Below, piece after piece: positions 56,414 to 64,000 of a stretch of 64,000 bases of DNA. The stretch spans positions 96,001 to 160,000 of the forward strand of contig JAHPZI010000021.1 in the NCBI GenBank assembly GCA_019058295.1. The letters are read 5' to 3'. This DNA comes from Promethearchaeota archaeon (GTDB taxonomy: Archaea; Asgardarchaeota; Lokiarchaeia; Sigyniarchaeales; SOKP01). A program made the translations under genes and the position numbers. The stretch's first letter is position 1; each line of letters opens with the position of its first letter. The notes below the pieces were generated by a model. It did no database searches and had not been told where the DNA came from. It saw nothing but the letters and a program-made list of their open reading frames with translations.

Positions 56414-58510
56414 ATGAATCAAACAATAAATTTAAGCGTGATAGCTATTAATCCTCAAAATTTATTTTGGTTTTTCCTTGTAATCACTATAATTCTCTCT
56501 ATTTTTGGTATTGGCTACATTTTTTGGATTATTCATAAACTGAAGCAATTAGATAATGGAACAGAAGAAATGATAAAGATTCACAATTTAATTAAATTGG
56601 GATCAAATGCTTATTTAAAGAGACAATTTAAAACGATAAGTATCGTTTTAAGTATTTTAACTATCATCCTTTTTTTTATAAGTCTTCCATTAGCAATTTC
56701 CTTTATGATTGGTGCCATAACATCGCTAATTGCTAGCTATATTAGTATGATCGCATCAACAATGTCAAATGTAAAGGTCACTCAAGCATGTAAAACCGAT
56801 ATTAAACAAGCTCTAAAAATTGGTTTTAATGCCGGAATGATCATAGGAGTTTCTGTAATTTCAATATCATTATTAGGGATCTCGATATTATATATTATAT
56901 TTAACTACTCCGTTGAGAATATATTAGGATTTGCCTTCGGGGCTTCTTTTTCTGCATTATTTGCTCAATTAGGTGGAGGAATCTTTACTAAAGGTGCAGA
57001 TATTGGGGCAGATTTAGTTGGAAAATTAGAGCATGGATTAGCTGAAGATGATATTAGAAATCCAGCTGCCATCGCTGATAATGTTGGAGATAATGTAGGG
57101 GATTGTGCTGGAAGAGGGGCAGATCTTTATGAATCCTCTTCAGCAAACAATATTGGAGCGATGATAATTGGTGTTACTCTGACTTTAATTACTAATAATC
57201 CATTATTTATTATTTTCTCTTTAATCACAAGAGCATTAGGAAATATTGCTAGTATAATTGGAGGTCATTTTGCCAAAATGAAAAATACAGATAAAAGTCC
57301 AATTAAAGCTTTTGCCAGAGGATTATCCATTACTGCATTGATGAGTATATTATTCTTTTTTATTTTAACATGGGTCAGTTTTGGAACTGGATGGTGGCTT
57401 TTATTTTTATGTGGAATTTTAGGGATACTCTTAGGGATTTCAACCTATTTCCTTGTTGATTATTATACCTCCTCAAGATATGGACCAGTAAAAAACGTTA
57501 TAAAAAATTCAGAAACTGGAGCTGCGACAAACGTCATTAGTGGGTTTTCTTTAGGTCTTGAATCTCCTGCTATTCCAGTTTTTTCATTTATTTTAGGTAT
57601 ATTAATTAGTTTCTCTTTAGGCAAAATATATGGAATTATCCATCATATAGATCCATTTTTAGGCGGAGTTTTTGGAATAACAATTGCAACTTTGGGATTA
57701 TTATCTATTACAACAATTATTCTCGCTTTTGATGGATTTGGCCCTGTATCCGATAATGCTGCAGGGATCGCTGAAATGGCACATCTCGGAGAGGATGTTA
57801 GATTTAATTTAGATCGTTTAGATGCTGTTGGAAATACTACAAAAGCACTTGCAAAGGGATTTGGGATAACATGTGCGGCGTTATCTGCCATAATATTATT
57901 TGAGGCATATTTAGAGGAAATTAGAGCTACTGATGTAAATATATATCATCCGATTATTATGTGTTCTTTATTGCTAGGAGCCGTTATTCCATTTCTATTT
58001 TCTTCCTTAGCAATTCGAGCAACAGGAAAAGCGGCATATGGAATGATAAAAGAGATCCAAAGACAATTTAAAGAAAATCCAGGAATCTTAGAAGGTAATT
58101 CACTTCCAGATTATGAGAATTGTATTGATATAGGAACTAAAGTTGCTTTAAAACAGATGATCTTTCCAGCACTACTTCCCACCCTAACACCAATCTTCTT
58201 AGGTTTTTTATTCGGTCCAATTGCAGTTGCTGCTTTTTTGATATCTGGTACAATCTCAGGAATCATATTAGGATTTGTCTTGAATACAGGAGGGGGGGCA
58301 TTGGATAATGCCAAAAAAGCTATAGAAAGTGGTTTATTAGGTGGAAAAGGTTCTGAGGCCCATTCTGCATCGGTAGTAGGAGATACGTTTGGTGACCCCT
58401 TGAAAGATACAGCTGGCCCCTCACTTCATATTTTAGTTAAAGTCTTAAATACTGTTTCAATCGCTTTTGCTCCGATTTTTATTGCTTTCGGAGCACTTAT
58501 AATTTTATAA
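56414..58510 (+). CDS. hppA: Membrane-integral ion-pumping pyrophosphatase, K+-independent type
   Basis: GGIFTKGADIGADLVGKLE, DNVGDNVGD, GNTTKA (Lys variant), GDTFGDPLKDTAGP. Confidence 0.95.
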   Translation: MNQTINLSVIAINPQNLFWFFLVITIILSIFGIGYIFWIIHKLKQLDNGTEEMIKIHNLIKLGSNAYLKRQFKTISIVLSILTIILFFISLPLAISFMIGAITSLIASYISMIASTMSNVKVTQACKTDIKQALKIGFNAGMIIGVSVISISLLGISILYIIFNYSVENILGFAFGASFSALFAQLGGGIFTKGADIGADLVGKLEHGLAEDDIRNPAAIADNVGDNVGDCAGRGADLYESSSANNIGAMIIGVTLTLITNNPLFIIFSLITRALGNIASIIGGHFAKMKNTDKSPIKAFARGLSITALMSILFFFILTWVSFGTGWWLLFLCGILGILLGISTYFLVDYYTSSRYGPVKNVIKNSETGAATNVISGFSLGLESPAIPVFSFILGILISFSLGKIYGIIHHIDPFLGGVFGITIATLGLLSITTIILAFDGFGPVSDNAAGIAEMAHLGEDVRFNLDRLDAVGNTTKALAKGFGITCAALSAIILFEAYLEEIRATDVNIYHPIIMCSLLLGAVIPFLFSSLAIRATGKAAYGMIKEIQRQFKENPGILEGNSLPDYENCIDIGTKVALKQMIFPALLPTLTPIFLGFLFGPIAVAAFLISGTISGIILGFVLNTGGGALDNAKKAIESGLLGGKGSEAHSASVVGDTFGDPLKDTAGPSLHILVKVLNTVSIAFAPIFIAFGALIIL

Positions 58511-58631
58511 ATCTCTTTTTTATTATTTTTATTTAACTATTCTAATAGATTAAGATTTAAAACCTTAATAGAGTATCAAAATTAGTTTTATATGTGAGTT
58601 TAGCTAAAATAAAATAAAATAAAAAAACCCA

Positions 58632-59096
58632 TTAACGAACAATTAAAACATCACATGATGCGTGTTCTAATGCTTTCTCAGCAACTGATCCCATAAGAAA
58701 CTCTTTTAATTTTGAATGTTCACCTTTATATCCTAATACAACAAGGTCAAATCCTTCTTCCTCTACAACTTTTTTAAGATATTCTGCAGGGTTTTCATCT
58801 TTTATTAATCTAGTTTCTACTTTAGCCATAGAAGAGCCAAAAATTTCTCGAGCATTATTTAATATAGTTTTTCCTTCTTCAATTTTTGTTCTTTCAATAT
58901 CTGAAGAACTCATTGCTGGGTAATGACTTGCTGTTGGCATTATGGAGAGTACTGGTACATTCTCAAAAAACTTATGCTTAATTGCATGGAAAATGACGAC
59001 CTTTCTTGGCCATTTTTCTTCAATTTCTCTAATTTTTATAACTGCTCGCATAGAATCTTCAGATCCATCAACACCAATCAAAATTTTCTTATAAAT
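58632..59096 (-). CDS. Universal stress protein; probable ATT start
   Basis: (I)YKKILIGVDGS N-terminus, DLVVLG..G, MGSVAEK...A.CDVLIVR; AGGTGA 6 nt upstream. Confidence 0.9.
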   Translation of the reverse strand: MYKKILIGVDGSEDSMRAVIKIREIEEKWPRKVVIFHAIKHKFFENVPVLSIMPTASHYPAMSSSDIERTKIEEGKTILNNAREIFGSSMAKVETRLIKDENPAEYLKKVVEEEGFDLVVLGYKGEHSKLKEFLMGSVAEKALEHASCDVLIVR

Positions 59097-59326
59097 TATA
59101 TATCACCTTATAAATTTTTAATTATTATCAATCCAAACTACTATCAAATAAGTAGACTTAAAAAGGTAATATTAAAGTTTTATAAATTATTTAGAAGAAC
59201 CTCTTTCTAAGATTAATCAGTATAGTAGCTTAACTTTAACATTCTTAACCCGTATTCTTAATAAGTTAAAACTACAATGAAGATTGACTATAGGATTATA
59301 ATCAAAATCCTCATGGAGGTTGATAT

Positions 59327-59503
59327 ATGTCAAAAGAAAAAAAGCTTATCTTTTGTTATTATTGTGGGAATCTAATAAAAGAATATGATGATGAAAAAAC
59401 TAAAATATGTCCATATTGCGGAATAGAATTACATTATACTGATAAAAAAATTAAGAGAAATAAAGCACATAAAACCCTCAATTCAGAAGTATTGGATTTT
59501 TAG
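59327..59503 (+). CDS. Unannotated 58-aa zinc-ribbon protein
   Basis: GGAGG RBS; MSKEKKLIFCYYCG...ICPYCGIEL...DF*. Confidence 0.8.
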   Translation: MSKEKKLIFCYYCGNLIKEYDDEKTKICPYCGIELHYTDKKIKRNKAHKTLNSEVLDF

Positions 59504-59528
59504 TCCTATTCTAATAACGCATAGAAGG

Positions 59529-60464
59529 TTAATCAAAAGGAATGAATTTATTCATTTCTTCAATGAATTTATTCATATCTTCAGCCCTTCTTAAAATTTC
59601 AATAAAAATTCTTTTTAACATAATGTAAGTATCGGACAAAAAACGAACAAATGATTTATTGGATGATTGAAATCCGGAAACATCAGTTAAGCCAATTCTA
59701 TTATCTTTTTTATCATCAGTTTTTAAAGCCATTAGGACTTCCGAGTCATCAATTATCGAATACCTTAGAGGTGCATTTACTATCGCCCCATCAATAAAAC
59801 AATTTTCAACAAATTTATCTAAAATCTGTTTATTCGGATCTATCACATTTTTTTTGAAAAAAGATCGAAATCTATTATTTTCTTTCTTTTGAATATCATA
59901 AAATGAACCTCCATATAATATTCGTATTTCTAATGAGGGTTTTTTAGTAAAAATCTTATTTAAATAGTCTTTTAAAATAATCTCCTCATTTTTAATTAAA
60001 AATCCACAGATTATTATTACTTTTTTCTCAGCATGTTCAAGTAAATATTCTAAACGCGAAAAATAAACATCTATTCTATTGAAAAAGCTAAATGGAATTG
60101 TATCGCGCAATGGATATTTTGGTTCAATATGAGGTAAAGAGTATAAATCATCTATCATTTTTTCTCCTGCTTTTTCTAAAATCATCGTTTTATCAGAAAT
60201 CATTTTTTCAATGGCGTATTTCGGATCATATACTTCAATGACCATAGGTCGATATCCAATTATATGTATCAATTTATATTCTTCTAATTTTTTAATAGCC
60301 TCATAAACTTTAGGTTTTGAATATTTTGACATCTGAACTAAATCAGATACATTAATTTTATTATATTTTTGAGGGGAAACTTTTGTTAATTGAATTAACT
60401 GCTTATAAATATTTTTTTCAGTATCTTTAAATTTAAAAACTTCAAAAGGATCAATTTCTATCAT
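59529..60464 (-). CDS. TrmB-like transcriptional regulator
   Basis: V.DL...S..SKPKVYEAIKKL wHTH, RP....DP; PLD-like C-terminus (IIDDSEVL). Confidence 0.7.
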   Translation of the reverse strand: MIEIDPFEVFKFKDTEKNIYKQLIQLTKVSPQKYNKINVSDLVQMSKYSKPKVYEAIKKLEEYKLIHIIGYRPMVIEVYDPKYAIEKMISDKTMILEKAGEKMIDDLYSLPHIEPKYPLRDTIPFSFFNRIDVYFSRLEYLLEHAEKKVIIICGFLIKNEEIILKDYLNKIFTKKPSLEIRILYGGSFYDIQKKENNRFRSFFKKNVIDPNKQILDKFVENCFIDGAIVNAPLRYSIIDDSEVLMALKTDDKKDNRIGLTDVSGFQSSNKSFVRFLSDTYIMLKRIFIEILRRAEDMNKFIEEMNKFIPFD

Positions 60465-60825
60465 TTTCTAGTTTGAAAAAATTTGTAGTTAATATTATTA
60501 ATTTCAAATTTGTTGTTAATAAATTTAATTATAATTTCTATTTATTTAATTTGGGCATTTTTAAATAATTTCAAAAAATAAATATTTCAATATTTTTTAG
60601 ATTTTTTTTTGTAAAATATTCAAGAATTTTACCCAAACTTCCCTATCATAAAATTCTGAAATATATATAAAAAGATTTATCCCTTAAATAGACAAAAACT
60701 TTAAAAACTCAGTTAAGGATTATATTATTAAGTGAAAAATTTCAATTTTTCATATAAAAATTATAAATAATTATAGTTTTTTAATTCAAGGTTATAAGAA
60801 AATAAAATATGTAATTAGGTGAAAT

Positions 60826-62088
60826 ATGAAATATCTTGAAAAATTATTAAAAGATTTTCAAAATATACCTCAAAACATCATTCTCCACGCCGATATCCTA
60901 AGAAGGGGTATTAAACTGAACGATGATTTGAAAAGAGCGGGTAAAGAATCGTGTCAAACAGGAATCGCTACAAAACTTCAATATCATATCCTGAACCAAA
61001 AAGATTTGCCACCCAGCCAGTTCCATTTCACGTCAGATGAGACAACAGTGGATATAAAAATAGATAAAAACAGCCCCTATGAGATAAAAGAGCTTAGTAG
61101 TAAAGAATACCATCTTTGCGCCGGGGACAGGGATTTCGGCAGGGTTAGATTTACAAAGCGTCCTAAATACGCAGATAAAAACACATCGGATGGACAGGAA
61201 TGCCAGTTTCTCTTAATGCAGAGAGGTTCATTCTGCCTTCTTGTGAGCCCTCTTGACTTTTGCGCATATCTTAAAAAAGGTGATGCATGTCAATATTGTA
61301 TCCTATCCCCAGCAATGGATATTGCAATACAGCGAGAAATAATGAAACCGATACCTGATCATAAGATCATTGCTGAAGCTGTTGAGATTGCTTGTAAAGA
61401 GGATGTTAAGCTCAGGGACTTGAAACTCTCCGGCGGAGCACTTTATAACACCAAAAAGGAGGCAGAATACTATAAAAGTTGCCTTTCGGCGATTCTTGAG
61501 CGTATTGATCCACCTGAGGAGATTACAATCTTCTCACAGGCATTTGATAAGGAAGATCAGATGGATTTAAAAGAGATGGGGGCAACGAATGTAATCTTTA
61601 ATTTGGAGGTCTGGGATGAACAACTCTGGCCTAAGCTTCTTCCAGGTAAGGCAAAAGCAATTGGGCGTGAAGAATGGATTAACCGACTTAAAGATGCGGT
61701 GGAGATCTTCGGAAGGGGGCATGTAAGTTGTAGCTTTGTAGCGGGATTTGAGTGCGCTCCTAAGCAAGGTTTCTTAACACAAGAAGATTCATTTAATGCA
61801 TATTTAACTGCATTTGAATTTCTTCTTAAGAGGGATATAGTGCCATCGTTTACCATTTGGACGCCTTACCCTTTAGTTGGTGGATTTAAAGAAAAGGATC
61901 CCCCCGACACTGAATGGTATCTCCGGTTAGGAGTAAAACACCATGAAATGTTGGAAAAGTATGATATGTACAAATCTTTGGGATTCCCTCATTATGGAGT
62001 AGATCCCCCAACACTTGGTCTATACTGTTATTATTGCTTTAGTATGCAGTTTCTACGTGATTTTCCAAGGTTAATTGATCGTGATTAA
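60826..62088 (+). CDS. Radical SAM superfamily protein (C-x8-C-x2-C)
   Basis: CAYLKKGDACQYC, LSGG, FNLEVWD, PGK, FVAG.E. Confidence 0.8.
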   Translation: MKYLEKLLKDFQNIPQNIILHADILRRGIKLNDDLKRAGKESCQTGIATKLQYHILNQKDLPPSQFHFTSDETTVDIKIDKNSPYEIKELSSKEYHLCAGDRDFGRVRFTKRPKYADKNTSDGQECQFLLMQRGSFCLLVSPLDFCAYLKKGDACQYCILSPAMDIAIQREIMKPIPDHKIIAEAVEIACKEDVKLRDLKLSGGALYNTKKEAEYYKSCLSAILERIDPPEEITIFSQAFDKEDQMDLKEMGATNVIFNLEVWDEQLWPKLLPGKAKAIGREEWINRLKDAVEIFGRGHVSCSFVAGFECAPKQGFLTQEDSFNAYLTAFEFLLKRDIVPSFTIWTPYPLVGGFKEKDPPDTEWYLRLGVKHHEMLEKYDMYKSLGFPHYGVDPPTLGLYCYYCFSMQFLRDFPRLIDRD

Positions 62089-62203
62089 AAATGATTTTTG
62101 AAAAAAGAAGGTAAATTAAAATTTACCATCTAAAACTATATCTAAAGTTATAAATTATCATAAATTTATAGAGAAAATATTAAATCTTAAAAAGTAATAT
62201 ATA

Positions 62204-62662
62204 ATGTCTTCGAAAAATGAGAAAGCACTACAATTAAGAAATGAGACCATAGCCGCAAATGTGGGTAGATTGTTTCAAATGTTAGTTGATATATATGGTG
62301 TATCAGAGCTTCATAATTTAGAAAAGATTGTTAAAAAGCGAGAAGGACAAGTAGTAAATCTTGATTTTAAACCATTAAATACCACTGTTTCCTTTGTCTT
62401 ATCTAAATCTCGCCTTTCTCCACATTTAGGAAAATCTGATAAAGCCGCTGCGACTGTGATTTTAAATATGAAAAAAGAAGACTTAATCCCTTCATTTATA
62501 GATTTTATCAAAACCAAGGATAATTTTTTCGGTTTTCTAAAAAATATTTTTAAATATTATATTCCAGGAAAAATTAAAGTAAAAGGTTCCTTAGGTGCTG
62601 GAATTACTTTATGGAAATTACTTTTCATCGGAAAGCATTCAATGTATAAGAAAAAAACGTAG
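62204..62662 (+). CDS. SCP2 lipid-binding-like protein
   Basis: GKIKVKGS motif near the C-terminus; A.AT+.L. Confidence 0.5.
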   Translation: MSSKNEKALQLRNETIAANVGRLFQMLVDIYGVSELHNLEKIVKKREGQVVNLDFKPLNTTVSFVLSKSRLSPHLGKSDKAAATVILNMKKEDLIPSFIDFIKTKDNFFGFLKNIFKYYIPGKIKVKGSLGAGITLWKLLFIGKHSMYKKKT

Positions 62663-62670
62663 CAAACGAG

Positions 62671-63819
62671 ATGGTATTAATGAGTTTTGAAAGTTTCATA
62701 AAAGTAAATAAAACTATTTCTAATTCTTATGTAGAGGAATGGAAAAAGCAAGGAAAAAAAATTGTAGGATATTACTGTTCTTATATTCCAGAGGAGATTT
62801 TAGTTTCAGGAGGAATTTTACCATTTAGAATGAGATCGGTCGAAGCGGAAGGAACTTCTCGAGCAGATACTATTTTAAGTCGTTTTAATTGCTCGTTTGT
62901 TCGAGCATCCCTAGATTTAGCGATGCAAGGTAAATATAACTTTCTTGATGGATTAGTGGTTATGAATTCTTGCGACCACGCTCGAAGGATGTATGATATT
63001 TGGAAATATAAAATAATTGGAAAGTTGGAGGGAATTGAGGAGAATTTTGGATTATTTTTTATTTCTTTACCACATATTATTACAGAAAGAGGATATAATT
63101 GGTTATTAGAGGAATTCACATTTTTTAAAGAAAATTTAGAAAAAACCTATAATATAACGATTTCCGAAGAAAATCTAAAAACTGCAATTAAAACTTTGAA
63201 TGAAAACAGAAAACTTCTAAAGGAAATTCATAAATTTCGAATTCTAGATAAACCAAAACTTAATGGAGTTGAAGCTCTTAAATTAAATATCGCAACTACC
63301 GCTACTCCAAAAGAAATTTCAAACCAAGTATTAAGTTCTTATTTGCAGTCTCTAAAGGATCGAGAAGGCATATCAGATTATAGAGCAAGATTATTGATTA
63401 CAGGAAGTCTAATTGATGATCCTACTTTTTTAAAAATTATTGAAGATGTTGGCGGTCTTGTGGTCTCAGATTTATTATGCTTTGGTGTTAGAAATTTTTG
63501 GGACTTAACTCCTGAAACAGGAGATCCTTTAGAATCAATTACCAAACGTTATTATGAGAAAATCTCTTGTCCAAGAATGATGGATGATCATGACAGGCGA
63601 TTTAAATTCCTACAAGAGTTAATAAAAGAAGCGAAAGTAGATGGAGTAATCGGAACAAGAATCGAGTTTTGCGATTTAAATGGATGTGAATGCATGCTAT
63701 ATGAACATGAATTGGAAGATTTAAACATTCCCATGTTAAGTTTAGATAGAGATTATTTTGTTGGTGATAAAGGAAGATTTAAAACTCGATTCGAAGCTTT
63801 TATCGAACAAATTGAATAA
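62671..63819 (+). CDS. 2-hydroxyacyl-CoA dehydratase subunit (HgdB/FldBC family)
   Basis: GYYCSYIPEEI, NSCD..RR, SCPRM, FCD, TRFEAFIE. Confidence 0.9.
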   Translation: MVLMSFESFIKVNKTISNSYVEEWKKQGKKIVGYYCSYIPEEILVSGGILPFRMRSVEAEGTSRADTILSRFNCSFVRASLDLAMQGKYNFLDGLVVMNSCDHARRMYDIWKYKIIGKLEGIEENFGLFFISLPHIITERGYNWLLEEFTFFKENLEKTYNITISEENLKTAIKTLNENRKLLKEIHKFRILDKPKLNGVEALKLNIATTATPKEISNQVLSSYLQSLKDREGISDYRARLLITGSLIDDPTFLKIIEDVGGLVVSDLLCFGVRNFWDLTPETGDPLESITKRYYEKISCPRMMDDHDRRFKFLQELIKEAKVDGVIGTRIEFCDLNGCECMLYEHELEDLNIPMLSLDRDYFVGDKGRFKTRFEAFIEQIE

Positions 63820-63836
63820 AAAAAAAGGTTAATTAT

Positions 63837-64000
63837 ATGAGTAGCCATAAAATTATTCCGTATGAAATATTATATGAAGCAATATGTACCACAAAGGACC
63901 TTGTTGAAGGTGGCCCCGCTAAAGATGAACTTTTAGTGTTAAAATCATTTTTGAAACACATGAAAACCGTTATTAAAAGATATCTAGATAATGCAGATTC
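63837..64000 (+). CDS. 5' part of the next operon gene (partial), possibly the partner dehydratase subunit
   Basis: ATG at 63837, open to the window end; product guessed from context only. Confidence 0.5.
   Translation, partial: MSSHKIIPYEILYEAICTTKDLVEGGPAKDELLVLKSFLKHMKTVIKRYLDNAD

Noticed and set aside
2741-63119. Numerous 60-170 aa ORFs antisense to or nested in long genes (e.g. 2741-3196, 10490-10825, 34742-35248, 41515-41877, 61557-61856)
   Set aside because: They overlap well-supported genes, lack motifs and look like reverse-frame shadows.

Overview
AT-rich, gene-dense archaeal DNA, most likely an Asgard archaeon (Lokiarchaeia-like). This rests on several roadblock/LC7 and longin-like proteins, MglA-like and Arf/Rag-like small GTPases, two TFB paralogues and AGGTGA/GGAGG ribosome-binding sites. 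I saw no rRNA, tRNA, CRISPR array, integrase or transposase. 1-25 kb is a mosaic of unrelated metabolic, transport and toxin-antitoxin genes. 25-45 kb is a signalling cluster of multi-PAS histidine kinases, a GTPase, roadblocks, a HEAT-GNAT protein, a TFB and response regulators, lying between lysW-like and lysZ/lysX-like genes. 45-64 kb holds regulators, two divergently transcribed proton pumps, a USP and a radical SAM/2-hydroxyacyl-CoA dehydratase operon. Main observations: (1) six clear and one weak intergenic, co-oriented relics of the 3' end of a TrpG/PabA glutamine amidotransferase gene separate the unrelated genes, like recombination scars of a cassette array. (2) A divergent GTPase/roadblock/kinase locus is centred on a perfect 21-bp inverted repeat of BRE-TATA-like promoters and includes an unannotated 41-aa Cys3 microprotein whose domain recurs at the end of the HEAT-GNAT protein. 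(3) At least four genes appear to start at ATT or ATA. (4) The LysW/LysX/LysZ set is divergent, with a non-canonical carrier tail.
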